Shown here: positions 10,020 through 21,383 of the stretch, one piece after another
Layout: the number at the start of each line of letters is the position of its first letter
How positions within the stretch are numbered: position 1 is the first letter of the stretch
NCBI GenBank assembly: GCA_963770835.1
Contig: CAVYRH010000005.1
Coordinates: 96,001 to 160,000 of the forward strand
DNA: 64,000 nt
Reading direction: 5' to 3'
Source: an uncultured Pseudomonadota bacterium
Lineage (GTDB): Bacteria; Oederibacteriota; Muellerivitia; Muellerivitales; Muellerivitaceae
Notes under the pieces: generated by a model
What the model was told of the DNA's origin: nothing
Database searches by the model: none
What the model saw: the letters and a program-made list of their open reading frames with translations, nothing else
Program-made: the position numbers and the translations under genes

Positions 10020-13000
10020 GTGTTTAGAAAAAATTATTCGTGGGTCCTCTTCGCTATCTTGATTCCGGTGGCCGTCCTCTTCTCGGGCTGTCCCTCCAAG
10101 AGCGGTCCAACTGCGCCCTCCAACAATAACGGCGGCGGACAAGCAACGAACACACCCACGGCCACTTTTACCCAGGCGAGTTCTATAACTTCCTCTCCTT
10201 CCTCCACGCCTTCAAACTCCCCGAGCGCTACACTTAGCATGACCCCATCTAAAACGGCCACTGCCACACCAACCAATACCTTTGCGGTCACCAGCACCGC
10301 AACCTCAACTGCTACAAACTCGACTACGTCCACGGCAACCAATACGGCTACCACCAGCCCAACGGCCACGGCCAGCGCCACGCCAACTAATACCTTAGTG
10401 GACACCGGCACCCCGACCTCGACAGCTACTAACTCAACCACATCCACGGTAACGAATACGACTACCGCCAGCCCAACAGCCACTGCCAGCGCTTCGCCAA
10501 CCAATACTTTGATAAATACGGGAACACCGACATCGACAGCCACCAACACGGCCACCGCCACGATGACTAACTCGGCTACTTCCACCACCACTTCGACGGT
10601 GACGGCTACGCCCAGCCAAACCACGACTTCAAGCCCAACCGCCACCACAACCTCTACTGCAACCTTGACGCCGACCGACACGGCCACCTTAACACCCACG
10701 TCCACTCCCTTGAGCATCCTCATCCAACAACCGACCGAGCCTTCACCAGCTTCCTACCTGCCCGGAACTTCGGGGGTGACGGCCATCGTGGTGGGCTTAT
10801 CCAACACGGGGAATGCCCCGGCGACCCTTAACTCCCTAGTTTTCTCCGTTCCTGGGACCGGGAACACCCAGGCCACGGTCGGTTTGTATAATTCCAACCT
10901 TATCCTGATCGGGTCAGGCTCCCTGCTCTTGAGTGGCAATTCGGTGACTATTTCCTCGGGTTCCTTCCTAGACGTTCTCGCACCCGGTTCGCCCGTAACC
11001 TACACCCTGATTTTTAACTTCACAGGCTCGGGAACAGGGTCCATCACCGCCAGCCTGGCTGCTTCCGGCGTGTCCCTGACGGCCGCAGATGGTACCAACG
11101 TAAACGGAAGCGCGACGGGTCCCGCCTTAACTATCGCCAACCCCTCACCCACACCCACCAACACGGCGACATCCACGCCCACGTCTACGGCCACTTTGAC
11201 CCCCACTTCCACACCGACCGATACCACCACCCAGACGGCCACTTCGACTGCCAGTTCCACGCCTACGGTCACCCTGAGTCCCACCGCAACCCCTGCCAAC
11301 GTGGTCCTCGTGCCGTACAACGAACCGCCTTCCTCTTCCTACGTTCCGGGAACTTCGGGCGTAACCCTCATGAACATGATCCTGACCAATGCGGGCACCA
11401 ATGTAGCCACTCTTGATTCTATGGCCATTTCTGTCACCGGCACAGGGGACGACTATTCGGACATTTCCAACCTTTCCTTGTTCAAGAATTCCAGCGCAGT
11501 CACCTTCTCGAAACAAACTTTTGCCGGAGAAGGAACCGACGCCGTTACTTTCCAGAATGGATCTTCTTTTGACACGCTCGCAGTCGGGGCCTCGGTGACT
11601 TACACCTTGACTGTCGACTTCTATAGCTCCACTTCCGCGTTCGGAACCTTCGCGGCAAGCGTCACGAATGCCGGGGTTTCGGTTACGAACGGAAGCGGCG
11701 TCGTGGTGACGGGCGGCGTCACCGGGCCGACGATCACTATCGCCTTGGCTACCTCAACCCCGACCAATACGGCTACCAATACCGCGACTTCCACGCCCAC
11801 GAACACCCCTACTTCTACTGCGACCTTGACCCCCACTTACACCCCGACCAGCACGCCTACCAACGAAGTGGTTTCTATCGTCCAGCCGACTGAACCCCCC
11901 AATAGCTCCTACCTTATTGGAAGTACTGGGGTGACCGTCTTATTGGCAAACCTGTCCAATCCCGGGGTTCAAGCCGTGACTTTGGCAGACTTGTCCTTTA
12001 CCCTGACGGAGTCCGGAAACCCCTGGATCAACGTCAACAAGGTCTGGTTGTACCGGAACGGGAACTCCAGCCCCTTGGCGGATGCCAGTTTCAATGTTGG
12101 GGCCAATACCGTCACTTTCTCGGGCGTACCCTTTGACACCCTGGCCGCGGGAGCCGCGGTAAGCTACACCCTAACCTATGACTTCTCTGGATCGGCTTCG
12201 GGTTCCTTTGCCACCAACATCAGCTCCGGCCAGGTCCAGGGCGGGTTGTCTTCGGGCGGCTCGATCAACGTAACCGGAAGCGCCACCGGCCCCACCATCA
12301 CCCTGGGTACCGCTACGCCCACTTCCACTCCCTCTTCCACACCCACTGTTACACCCACGGCCACTTCACCCTTCAACGTGCCTGACCCGAACCTGCGCTT
12401 GGGCATCCTGAAGTCCCTCGGTTCGCCCACGCCTACCTCGGGAACCCCGGCGGATATTCCGCTTTCAGTGCTGCAAGCCGCCGTCTCCATCAACGCGGAC
12501 AACTTGGGCGTCACCAGCATTTACGGGTTGCAGAACTGCAATGAGCTGACGGTACTTTCCATCCAAGGAGACCCAGTCACGGACCTTAGCCCGCTCGCGT
12601 CCCTGGCAACTTATAACAACCTCTTTGCGCTCCACATGGACTATAACGATGTGTTGAGCAACCTCGCTCCCTTGGCGAATATCACGAGTCTTGAATTTCT
12701 CGAGATGCGAGGGGGAACGGCCAGCGACCAGTTTGGAACTCCGGGATTGATCACCAGCATTGCTCCCCTGGCGAACTTGACTAATCTCCAGGAGCTTGAG
12801 TTCTCAAACCAACCCGTGACATCTCTGGCGCCCCTGGCCGGCCTAACCAAACTCACCGCCCTTTATATGATCGGCTGTAATCCGACCAGCGGTTTCACCG
12901 GAGGAATCGGGGTCGTTGCGAACCTGACCAACCTGCAAATCCTTTATGCTTCCAACGACAACATTGCAGATATCTCCGCCCTCACCACCCTCGTCAATTT

Positions 13001-13346
13001 GCAGACGGCCAGCTTCTCAGACAACGCCAACCTGACGACCATTTCGGCTATGGCCAATTGGAAGAGCGCCCAATCAATCGCCCTGGAATATACCGGCCTT
13101 CTTAGCGTGCCGGCCTTGGGTCAAATGGGTGTTTTCAATGGCCCCACAACCGCCCTTTCGCTGGATATCTCCAACAACCCGGTGACTGATATCAGCAATT
13201 TGTCGGTAACCACGGTGCCCGGGTTTAATAACAATGGATCAAACTTGAATGTGACTGGTGATGGAGCCACTGACCTGAACATTACAACCCAGATCAACGC
13301 GATCAAAGCTAAATACACAACTCATTTGACGGTCACCGGGCCCTAA
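10020..13346 (+). CDS. Surface lipoprotein: Thr/Pro-rich linkers, three repeated beta-rich modules and a C-terminal internalin-like LRR region
   Basis: GTG 10020 follows AGGAAG; lipobox LFSG-C; three modules 'EPxxxSYxxGxxGVT...GxxTGPxxTI/L'; 'VPDPNLR' cap then LRRs 'LAPLANITSLEFLEM', 'IAPLANLTNLQELEF'. Confidence 0.75.
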   Translation: MFRKNYSWVLFAILIPVAVLFSGCPSKSGPTAPSNNNGGGQATNTPTATFTQASSITSSPSSTPSNSPSATLSMTPSKTATATPTNTFAVTSTATSTATNSTTSTATNTATTSPTATASATPTNTLVDTGTPTSTATNSTTSTVTNTTTASPTATASASPTNTLINTGTPTSTATNTATATMTNSATSTTTSTVTATPSQTTTSSPTATTTSTATLTPTDTATLTPTSTPLSILIQQPTEPSPASYLPGTSGVTAIVVGLSNTGNAPATLNSLVFSVPGTGNTQATVGLYNSNLILIGSGSLLLSGNSVTISSGSFLDVLAPGSPVTYTLIFNFTGSGTGSITASLAASGVSLTAADGTNVNGSATGPALTIANPSPTPTNTATSTPTSTATLTPTSTPTDTTTQTATSTASSTPTVTLSPTATPANVVLVPYNEPPSSSYVPGTSGVTLMNMILTNAGTNVATLDSMAISVTGTGDDYSDISNLSLFKNSSAVTFSKQTFAGEGTDAVTFQNGSSFDTLAVGASVTYTLTVDFYSSTSAFGTFAASVTNAGVSVTNGSGVVVTGGVTGPTITIALATSTPTNTATNTATSTPTNTPTSTATLTPTYTPTSTPTNEVVSIVQPTEPPNSSYLIGSTGVTVLLANLSNPGVQAVTLADLSFTLTESGNPWINVNKVWLYRNGNSSPLADASFNVGANTVTFSGVPFDTLAAGAAVSYTLTYDFSGSASGSFATNISSGQVQGGLSSGGSINVTGSATGPTITLGTATPTSTPSSTPTVTPTATSPFNVPDPNLRLGILKSLGSPTPTSGTPADIPLSVLQAAVSINADNLGVTSIYGLQNCNELTVLSIQGDPVTDLSPLASLATYNNLFALHMDYNDVLSNLAPLANITSLEFLEMRGGTASDQFGTPGLITSIAPLANLTNLQELEFSNQPVTSLAPLAGLTKLTALYMIGCNPTSGFTGGIGVVANLTNLQILYASNDNIADISALTTLVNLQTASFSDNANLTTISAMANWKSAQSIALEYTGLLSVPALGQMGVFNGPTTALSLDISNNPVTDISNLSVTTVPGFNNNGSNLNVTGDGATDLNITTQINAIKAKYTTHLTVTGP

Positions 13347-13390
13347 CCGGTCCGGGCCGTTTTGCATTGTGAAGGGGATGATGAAGCCTG

Positions 13391-13423
13391 AAAGCCAGCC
13401 CACCCCGGCTGGCTTTTGTTTTC
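13391..13423 (+). terminator. Rho-independent terminator
   Basis: AAAGCCAGCC-CACCCC-GGCTGGCTTT followed by TGTTTTC. Confidence 0.75.
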
Positions 13424-13567
13424 TAAGGCCAGAGCAGCCTTTGCAATGGGGGATAAAACGTTTGAGGCCAAAAGCAATATTAGCCCGAGAATATAGAGGG
13501 GCCTGACATCCTGAGGAGGAAGTTCATCAACCAAACGTCGTTCCTTTGGGGAGTTTGGGTTGCTGAT

Positions 13568-16500
13568 TTGAAGATGGTTATGAATCGAGAAAAAATTTAT
13601 CCGATCGCCGGGTTATGCGGCAAAAAAGCCTGCTTCTCCGTGGGTATGTTCCTGCTTATCGGGATGGTCCTTTTAGGCGCCGCGCCGGTTTGGGCACAGG
13701 TCGACACCCCTACGGACACCCCGACCGATACGACTACTGATACCCCCACCGATACTCCGACGGATACGGAAACTTTTACCCTTACCCCTACTGATACCTC
13801 CTCAAATACCACTACCAACACTGCTACGGATACCTGGACTGCGACCAGTACCCCCACTAATTCAGCGACCAATACAACTACCAACACTCCCACTAACACA
13901 ACAACCAATACACCGACCAATACCTGGACGACCACGAATACCCCGACGAACACTACGACGTATACAGCCACCAACACATGGACAGCGACCAGCACCGCGA
14001 CGAATACGTCTACAAATACCAGGACGGCTACAAACACTGCGACCGATACGGCCACAGATACTCCGACTAATACTTGGACAACAACCAATACGGCTACGAA
14101 TACCGCAACGAACACAGAAATTAACACCGCTACGAATACGGCGACGAATACCTGGACCACAACGAACACGGCCACCAACACTGCTACCAGTACACCCACC
14201 AATACCTGGACGGCCACGAACACCCCGACCAACACGGCTACGAATACGGCTACCAACACTTGGACAGCGACCGGCACCGCGACGAATACTGCGACGAACA
14301 CGTCTACAAATACCAGGACGGCTACAAACACTGCCACTAATACGGCCACGGATACCCCGACTAATACTTGGACAACAACCAATACGGCTACGAATACCGC
14401 AACGAACACAGAAACTAACACCGCAACGAATACGGCGACGAATACCTGGACCACAACGAACACGGCCACCAACACTGCTACCAGTACACCTACCAATACC
14501 TGGACAGCCACGAATACCCCGACCAACACGGCTACGAATACGGCTACCAATACTTGGACAGCGACCAGCACCCCGACGAATACAGCAACGAATACGTCTA
14601 CAAATACCCGGACGGATACAAATACTGCGACTAATACAGCCACGGATACCCCGACTAATACTTGGACGGCGACCAATACGGCTACGAATACCGCAACGAA
14701 TACGGCAACCAATACCTCGACGTCGACCAATACCCCGACGAATACAGCCACCGCCACTCCCACCAATACCCTTATCTTCACGGCCACGCCTACCGCTACC
14801 CCGACGGACAGTGCCACGGCTACTCCAACGGGTACTTTCACGAACAGTGCCACCTCCACACCCAGCTATACTTCCACGGACACGGCTACTAACAGTCCTA
14901 CCCCCTCACCCACCCTGACGGCCACCGATATCGGCACCAGCACCGCCACGGCTACGGCCACCAAAACGGCAACGAATACCCATACCAACACTTGGACAGC
15001 TACCAGTACTTCCTCCTCCACTGCGACCAATACCCCTACCAACACCGCCACGGATACTCCCACCAACACCGACACGGATACAGCTACCGGAACCCCCACC
15101 AATACCCTGGTCTTTACGGCCACACCGTCCGACACGCCCACCAACACCGGTACACAAACGCCCACAAGTACGCAGACCAATACGGCCACGAATACCCATA
15201 CAAATACCTGGACGGCCACTAGCACTCCCACCCTCACCGCGACCGACTCCCCATCTAAGACCGCCACGGCGACCGCAACCGATACGGGGACCGATACGGC
15301 TACCAACACCCCGACTAACACCCTCATCTTCACGGCTACATTAACTGACACACCTACCACCACCAATACGGCCACTCCCACAAATACCCCGACTGATACA
15401 GCCACGAATACGGCCACCGGCACTCCCTCCTCCACTGAGACCTATACCCCATCTAACACCACCACCAATACCGGGACTAATACGGCCACCAATACAACAA
15501 CCAATACCTTTGTCTTTACAGCCACCCCCACCAACTCGGCCACGAATACCCCGACGGCCACGGCTACTGGAACAACAACGAATACCGCCACCAGTACGGC
15601 CACTGTTACACCAACCCGGACGGCTACTAGTACGGCCACGTCCACGACCACCAAAACGACCACGAACACCCCCACGGCTACGGGCACCAATACCCCCACT
15701 AACTCCGCCTCTTCCACCCCCACATCCACCACCACCATTACTCCCACCCCCACGGCCACCTTCACTCCCACAACGACAGCCACCTCCACCCCCACCAACA
15801 GCGCGACCCAGACGGCCACTTCCACAATCACCAACACGCCTACCCTAACCCCCTCTTCCACCCCTAGTGCCACATCCACGGACACTCCCAGTGGTTCTGG
15901 AAGCTTTACTTACAACAATGGGTCGTCAAATTCTTTCGTGCCCCTTGGGTTGAATAACATCATCATTGCCTTGCCCGCCAACGCTTTTAGCGTTGGCTCT
16001 GTTCAATTCAACGTCAACGAATACGGCTCTGGGACAGCTCCCGCCATCGTTACCGGATCGGGAATTGAATTTTTACTCAACTCAAACTCCTATTCGATAA
16101 GTATTTTGGGAGGTGCCCAACCAATCGCCCCTGTGACATTGACCTTCCCCTATAACTCGGGTCAAATTCCCAGTGGTTTCGGGCAGGGGGACTTAACAGT
16201 CCTTACCAATAGCACCAACAGCAGCTCGGGCTGGAGCGCGACCAACGTCATTGGAATCACAAACAACTCCATCACGGTAGTCACCTCCCATTTCTCCTGG
16301 TGGGCGGTGGGCGTCCTGCTCCATGCCACCCTCACTCCGACTCCGGCCGTGGCTCCGGGAGCGGCTTACCTGAGCGCCAACGTCTTCCATGACCTCAGCG
16401 ACGCCCCCTTGACGGTCCAATACAACGATGCTGGAGGAGACCCCCTGGCCATCACTATCCATACCGCTACTGGCGCGCTAGTGCGGAATTTAACGGTGAC

Positions 16501-16636
16501 GTCCGGGGCTTCCAGCGCCACATGGGACGGCAAGGACGACGGGGGATCGTCGGCCTCCACCGGCCTTTACCTGGTGGCGGTGCGGCAGGCGAACGGCACA
16601 ACGATCCTCCGGAAAGTGGTGGTGCTCAAGCAATGA
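13568..16636 (+). CDS. Secreted mucin-like Thr-repeat protein with a ZU5-like (HFSW) domain and FlgD-Ig-type C-terminal domain
   Basis: Signal peptide ending VWA|Q; about 730 aa of TxT repeats; '[12 protein letters not shown]'; tail '[20 protein letters not shown]...RKVVVLKQ*'. The start may be ATG 13574 or 13580. Confidence 0.7.
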   Translation: MKMVMNREKIYPIAGLCGKKACFSVGMFLLIGMVLLGAAPVWAQVDTPTDTPTDTTTDTPTDTPTDTETFTLTPTDTSSNTTTNTATDTWTATSTPTNSATNTTTNTPTNTTTNTPTNTWTTTNTPTNTTTYTATNTWTATSTATNTSTNTRTATNTATDTATDTPTNTWTTTNTATNTATNTEINTATNTATNTWTTTNTATNTATSTPTNTWTATNTPTNTATNTATNTWTATGTATNTATNTSTNTRTATNTATNTATDTPTNTWTTTNTATNTATNTETNTATNTATNTWTTTNTATNTATSTPTNTWTATNTPTNTATNTATNTWTATSTPTNTATNTSTNTRTDTNTATNTATDTPTNTWTATNTATNTATNTATNTSTSTNTPTNTATATPTNTLIFTATPTATPTDSATATPTGTFTNSATSTPSYTSTDTATNSPTPSPTLTATDIGTSTATATATKTATNTHTNTWTATSTSSSTATNTPTNTATDTPTNTDTDTATGTPTNTLVFTATPSDTPTNTGTQTPTSTQTNTATNTHTNTWTATSTPTLTATDSPSKTATATATDTGTDTATNTPTNTLIFTATLTDTPTTTNTATPTNTPTDTATNTATGTPSSTETYTPSNTTTNTGTNTATNTTTNTFVFTATPTNSATNTPTATATGTTTNTATSTATVTPTRTATSTATSTTTKTTTNTPTATGTNTPTNSASSTPTSTTTITPTPTATFTPTTTATSTPTNSATQTATSTITNTPTLTPSSTPSATSTDTPSGSGSFTYNNGSSNSFVPLGLNNIIIALPANAFSVGSVQFNVNEYGSGTAPAIVTGSGIEFLLNSNSYSISILGGAQPIAPVTLTFPYNSGQIPSGFGQGDLTVLTNSTNSSSGWSATNVIGITNNSITVVTSHFSWWAVGVLLHATLTPTPAVAPGAAYLSANVFHDLSDAPLTVQYNDAGGDPLAITIHTATGALVRNLTVTSGASSATWDGKDDGGSSASTGLYLVAVRQANGTTILRKVVVLKQ
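14011..14700 (+). repeat. Tandem repeat of 294 bp (98 aa), about 2.3 copies, inside the Thr-repeat gene
   Basis: TACAAATACC(A/C)GGACGG recurs at 14011, 14305 and 14599, with near-identical intervening sequence. Confidence 0.85.
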
Positions 16637-18498
16637 AACCACTTTTGAAACCTTGTAGAGATTTAAGGAACTTCCGGAGCCCTCTAATCGGCTTTTGGGC
16701 CTTGCTGTTCTTCCTGGTTCTGGGCCGGGGGGCGGTCGCCTCAACCCTGACATCAGGGGCTGATTTCCTTCTCATGACGACGGGCGCCCGGCCCGACGGC
16801 ATGGGCCAAGCTTTTAGCGCCGTGGCTGACGACATCAACACCCTGTCCTTTAACCCTGCGGGCTTGGGGAATATCCGTCTTCCGGAGATCGGGTACGGAC
16901 ACGAGGACTTCCTGGCGGACATTGGCTACGACTTCGTGGGGGCGGCGATCCCCCTGGGCGGTTCCGGGGTTTTGGGGCTGGGTTATTTGGGCATGGGGAC
17001 AGCGCCATTCAACAGCACCATTTCGGCCTCCGCGCCCGCCGTTTCGGTCCAGGACACGGCCCTGATCGTTGCTTGGGGAAAATCCTTTAACGGACTTCAA
17101 TTGGGCCTGGGAGCCAAATATATCGATGAGAAGCTCTATACGGTCGAGGGGAAGGGCTTCGGCTTCGATTTCGGGGCCCGTTACCAGGTGGCACCGCAAT
17201 GGACCTTGGCTGGAAGTGTCCTCAACCTAGGCCCGGGTGTCCAGTTCTCAAGCATGGAGCCGCTTCCGTTAGTGGCGAATGCGGGCATCGCCTGGTCCGC
17301 TTGGGAGAATGCTAAACACTCACTCACCTTGGCGGCGGATATTTCTTATGAGGCAACTGACACAACCCAGCGATACGGCCTAGGGGCCGAGTATTGGTAC
17401 GAAAAAACTTTCGCCTTGAGGGCAGGCTATCTGGTTAATTCACAGGTCGAGGGATTTACCGCTGGGGCGGGGATCCGGTTTTCGTTCTTCCAGCTTGATT
17501 ATGCCTTTGAACCCTACAGCAATCTGGGAACAGTTAACCGAATATCGGGCATCTTCCGTTGGGATGGGCCATGGATTCCGGGAGGAGACCTCAACGCCCC
17601 CCAAAACGTTGCTGTCCGCCAAAAGGACTATCAAACCCTTGAAATTAAGTGGGAAAGGGCTTCTGGGCCAGTGAAGGCTTACCAGGTGATGACCCGGCCG
17701 GTCAATGGGAATGACTGGACGGCCTCACAACCTGTTTCCAACACGGTTTACGACCTTAAAAACTACACTCCCGGAACAGCTTACAGCATTGCGGTGCTTT
17801 CTCTCGGGGAAGGAGGAGGCCGAAGTGAGCCCTCACCCGAGATCCGTTTTACAACTCCGGACCAAAAGTCGGCCATTGAACTTGCCCAGCAGGAAGTAGG
17901 AACGACCGCACACAAACAGTCGGTCTCCAACGGTTTATTTGGAAGGGTCGACGGGATAGGGCTCCAACTTTCCTGGGCCGTTCCCCGGGAAAGAGAAATT
18001 ATCGGTTACAACCTTTACCGCAAGTCGCCCGAGGGACAAACGATCAAATTGACCCGCGTACCCACGCAAAAGAACAAGGTCTGGGTGATCAACGCCTCTG
18101 ACTATTGGGGCTACCAGTGGATCGTCACGGCCCTGGAAAGTAAAGGTAAGGAAAAAACTATTGGAACTTATCTCTGGTTTCCAACGGCCGGAGACCTGAC
18201 CCAATTAGGCCAACCCTCGGGCCGCCGTTTGAGCGCTGTAACCCAACCTGACCGGGAAGTCTTCCTCTCCTGGGACGGGGAGCCCGCCGCTACCGGTTAT
18301 ATCCTGCTTTACAGCCCGGCCTTAGACGGTGTTTATGAGATTGAAAGGGAGATCAATACGGCCGATACAAACCTCTTGATGAAGGCCCCCGGGAACCAGG
18401 ACGCCTATTCCTTCATTGTTGTTCCACGGAATGCCGTCGGCGAATGGTATGTCCGCAGCCAGGAAGCCACGGTGACCTTGAGCCGGTCCAACCCTTAA
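16633..18498 (+). CDS. PorV/PorQ-family (UPF0164-like) outer-membrane beta-barrel fused to fibronectin-III-like domains
   Basis: '[28 protein letters not shown]' signature; barrel ending 'FALRAGY...FQLDYAF'; FN3-like 'APQNV...IKWE...[11 protein letters not shown]...SEPS'; ATGA overlap with the upstream stop. Confidence 0.8.
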   Translation: MKPLLKPCRDLRNFRSPLIGFWALLFFLVLGRGAVASTLTSGADFLLMTTGARPDGMGQAFSAVADDINTLSFNPAGLGNIRLPEIGYGHEDFLADIGYDFVGAAIPLGGSGVLGLGYLGMGTAPFNSTISASAPAVSVQDTALIVAWGKSFNGLQLGLGAKYIDEKLYTVEGKGFGFDFGARYQVAPQWTLAGSVLNLGPGVQFSSMEPLPLVANAGIAWSAWENAKHSLTLAADISYEATDTTQRYGLGAEYWYEKTFALRAGYLVNSQVEGFTAGAGIRFSFFQLDYAFEPYSNLGTVNRISGIFRWDGPWIPGGDLNAPQNVAVRQKDYQTLEIKWERASGPVKAYQVMTRPVNGNDWTASQPVSNTVYDLKNYTPGTAYSIAVLSLGEGGGRSEPSPEIRFTTPDQKSAIELAQQEVGTTAHKQSVSNGLFGRVDGIGLQLSWAVPREREIIGYNLYRKSPEGQTIKLTRVPTQKNKVWVINASDYWGYQWIVTALESKGKEKTIGTYLWFPTAGDLTQLGQPSGRRLSAVTQPDREVFLSWDGEPAATGYILLYSPALDGVYEIEREINTADTNLLMKAPGNQDAYSFIVVPRNAVGEWYVRSQEATVTLSRSNP

Positions 18499-18615
18499 AG
18501 CGTAAACCACGGCCATAGGAGCCACCAAGGGGGCCAGCCCATCAAGAAGGGTCGAAACGAAGTCCGGCATTATTTAAATTTCTTTTCGGTAACGCTTGGG
18601 GCGGGGTGAGATTTT

Positions 18616-19641
18616 CTAGTTTCCGCCCTGGACCACGACCTTGTAGATTTCAGCCTGGGGCCAATGGTGCCCCTCATGCCAGTTCAGGTCCTTATCCCAA
18701 TAACCGGGGCAGTCATAAGTAGGTTTGGCAAACGTCCCAAAGCTCATTTCGATCAACTTGTATTTCCCGTCCTTATCCCTCAGAAAATCGTAATTCATGG
18801 CCTGAAACCCGAGCTTTTGGGAAATCTCGAAGCCCGCCCTCACCGTTTCATCGGGCATCCGATCACGGCTATAGTCGAAAGAACCGCTGCCCGAAGCCCG
18901 GAAATCGCCCTTTCGCATGTTCCGGGTGAAACCGAAAGCCTTATTACCGATGACAAAGATACGCACGTCATGCTTGTTCTCGGGCATAAAGTCCTGAAAA
19001 AGGACGTAACCCCTTTCGATCTGGGAGTACCGCCGCGCACTAGAGATCTTTTTCGCAAGCTTGGCGAAGGCCTTTACTAACTCCTTGCCCGATTTCAGCT
19101 TTTTAGCCTTGTTCATTCGCACCCCCATGTCGCTGAAGAGTTGGGGAGCCGGGTTGATCCCTGGGCCGAACATTTTTTCGCAGAAGGCCTCGGCCTGCGC
19201 CCTGGTTTTGAGGAGGAAGACGTTGTTGGATGCGGCTCCCCGGCGCAATTTGCCGATGAGGGGTAACTGGGCTTTCCGGACCCATTGAAGCGCCTCCTTC
19301 AAATCGTAAAAAACGGTGGTGGGTACGAGGGGAGCGTTGATGGCTTCCAGGATGTATTTCTGCGCGATCTTGTCGTCGTAGTGCCAGTGGGTGGCCTCGT
19401 TCGGAAAAACTTTCAAACCCATAAACTCAGCGGTTTTGAGGATGTGCCGCGCAAAGTTGAGGTCTTCATAACGCCAGGGATTAAAATTCCAGAAAAGGGA
19501 CGAGAAATTTTGAAGGTACTGGACCGTGTCCGTCCGGAAGCCGTTGATCACCTCATAGGGAATAGAATTTTCCTGGCAGTGGGTGATCCAGCCGTCGGTC
19601 CAGATGTCGTCATAGTATTTGTGGATGGCAACGGGTTTCAT
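18616..19641 (-). CDS. RimK-like ATP-grasp ligase, probably modifying polysaccharide
   Basis: DDKIAQ, 'PLIGKLRRGAASNNV', 'FQDFMPENKHDVRIFVIG', DFRASGSG, 'YDFL...LIEMS'; GAGGAG RBS. Confidence 0.8.
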   Translation of the reverse strand: MKPVAIHKYYDDIWTDGWITHCQENSIPYEVINGFRTDTVQYLQNFSSLFWNFNPWRYEDLNFARHILKTAEFMGLKVFPNEATHWHYDDKIAQKYILEAINAPLVPTTVFYDLKEALQWVRKAQLPLIGKLRRGAASNNVFLLKTRAQAEAFCEKMFGPGINPAPQLFSDMGVRMNKAKKLKSGKELVKAFAKLAKKISSARRYSQIERGYVLFQDFMPENKHDVRIFVIGNKAFGFTRNMRKGDFRASGSGSFDYSRDRMPDETVRAGFEISQKLGFQAMNYDFLRDKDGKYKLIEMSFGTFAKPTYDCPGYWDKDLNWHEGHHWPQAEIYKVVVQGGN

Positions 19642-19945
19642 TTGATTCTCCTCGAAAAGTTGAATCTGACAGTGTTTTTTCTGTAAAAAAGACTCGCCCT
19701 TCTCGAAATAGTTACCGGCGTACTATAGCTTTTGCCGGGGACAGGAACAAGACGGGGGAGGACCAAAACCCAAGGCGTTCTAAGCGGATTTCTTCGAGGC
19801 CATCGACTTGTTTTTTTCGATCGGATAACCAAGGGCTACTTTTCCCGCCAAAGAACAATTTGAATTCTTATTTCTTTTTTTTGAAGAAACTGGGAATATG
19901 GGTTGTCTGAGTTCCGTTACATTTCCTTAACGAAAGAAACAGCCT

Positions 19946-21334
19946 ATGACGACGATTTCACCTGAAATATTGAAGGCCTTTGACGTCCGGGGGATCTACC
20001 CTAAGCCTTTGGGCGCCCCCCAGGCGGAGCAGATCGGGTTGGCGGTTGGAACGCTCATAAAGGAAGAAGCCAACCGAAATATCAAGGTTGTCGTGGGGCA
20101 CGATATCCGCAATTCAGGTGAAAACCTCAATAAATCCTTGATTCACGGTATGAAGAACACCGGTTTGAAGATTGTGGATGCCGGGGTTGTTTCAACCCCT
20201 CTTTTGGCCTTCGCTTCTCGTTTTTCAGGATCTGCGCTTGGGATTATGATTACTGCCTCCCACAATCCACCGGAGTACAACGGGTTTAAATTCTTCCTCC
20301 AAGGCGCGCCCGCTTCCGTTCCCTGGATGGAGAGGTTTTTCAATGTTTTGAAAAGCCAAAACTTCCGGAAAGGGGCCGGTGTCGTTGAAAAAAAGGATTT
20401 TTATCCTGATTACCGGAACGCTCTCGTCAATAAGATCGCGCAAAATTTCCAGGGCCTCAAAATCATTGTGGACCCCGGCAATGGGGCGGCGACTTTGACG
20501 GCTCCCAAAGTTTTAGAAGCCCTTCACTGTAACGTGGAATTGATCAACGCTCAGGTGGACGGGCGTTATCCGGGCCGGGGGGCCGACAGCTCCGATCCAA
20601 GAGCCCTGGCGGCTCTGGGGGAAAAAGTAAGGAAAGCGAAGGCCCAGATTGGAGTTGCTTTTGACGGAGACGGCGACCGGGCCAGTTTTGTGGATGAAAA
20701 GGGCGTGGAAGTCCCCAATGATGTCATTCTTTGCCTTTTTGCCAGCCATTTCTTGAAGCGTCATAAAAACATGAAAGTGGTTTACGACGGGAAGTGCTCC
20801 GATTGCGTGGAAAAAACGGTCCAAGCAGAAGGTGGAACGGCCCTCCTGGAAAAGTCGGGACATGCCTTTATTTTCAGCCGGATGCAAAAGGAAAAAGCAC
20901 TTTTGGGCGGGGAAGCTAGCGGGCATTTTTTCCTGCCTGGAGATTTTCCTGGAGACGCCCTTTATGCCTGCCTCCGGTTATTGGAAGTCCTAAAGGAAAG
21001 GCGGTTGTCCCTTTTTGAACTCCGGCAACCCTTTCCTGGACGGGTATCTACCCATGACACCAAGTTCGATCTTTCGCCGGATAGGACGGCCCAACTTTAT
21101 GAAGCGCTGGACGCCCGGGCTCGGGAATTGGGAGGGAAAGTCTCGAAATTGGACGGGGTGAGGGCTGTTTTTGAAGATGGTTGGGGTATTATCCGCCGCT
21201 CGGTGACCGAGCCCTATGTTTCCTGCCGGCTGGAGGCATCTACGACAGCCAAATTGACATCCCTCGCGGGGGATTGGTTTCGGGATTTTCCCGAAATCCA
21301 ACAAGAGATTTCGAAGAAAATTAAAGGCAACTGA
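19946..21334 (+). CDS. Phosphomannomutase/phosphoglucomutase
   Basis: AFDVRG, MITASHNP (phosphoserine), FDGDGDR and GGEASGH. Confidence 0.92.
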   Translation: MTTISPEILKAFDVRGIYPKPLGAPQAEQIGLAVGTLIKEEANRNIKVVVGHDIRNSGENLNKSLIHGMKNTGLKIVDAGVVSTPLLAFASRFSGSALGIMITASHNPPEYNGFKFFLQGAPASVPWMERFFNVLKSQNFRKGAGVVEKKDFYPDYRNALVNKIAQNFQGLKIIVDPGNGAATLTAPKVLEALHCNVELINAQVDGRYPGRGADSSDPRALAALGEKVRKAKAQIGVAFDGDGDRASFVDEKGVEVPNDVILCLFASHFLKRHKNMKVVYDGKCSDCVEKTVQAEGGTALLEKSGHAFIFSRMQKEKALLGGEASGHFFLPGDFPGDALYACLRLLEVLKERRLSLFELRQPFPGRVSTHDTKFDLSPDRTAQLYEALDARARELGGKVSKLDGVRAVFEDGWGIIRRSVTEPYVSCRLEASTTAKLTSLAGDWFRDFPEIQQEISKKIKGN

Positions 21335-21383
21335 CAATCGGCGGTCGGCGGCAATTACTTAGTTTTTGGATCGAATAAAATCC

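Noticed and set aside
13597..15885. Long Val-rich minus-strand ORFs (also 10034-10723, 5542-6021, 2084-2314)
   Set aside because: Antisense shadows of ACN Thr-codon repeats; no independent coding signal
13700..15900. Repeats as a possible CRISPR array
   Set aside because: In-frame coding repeats with no constant repeat/unique spacer pattern and no cas genes
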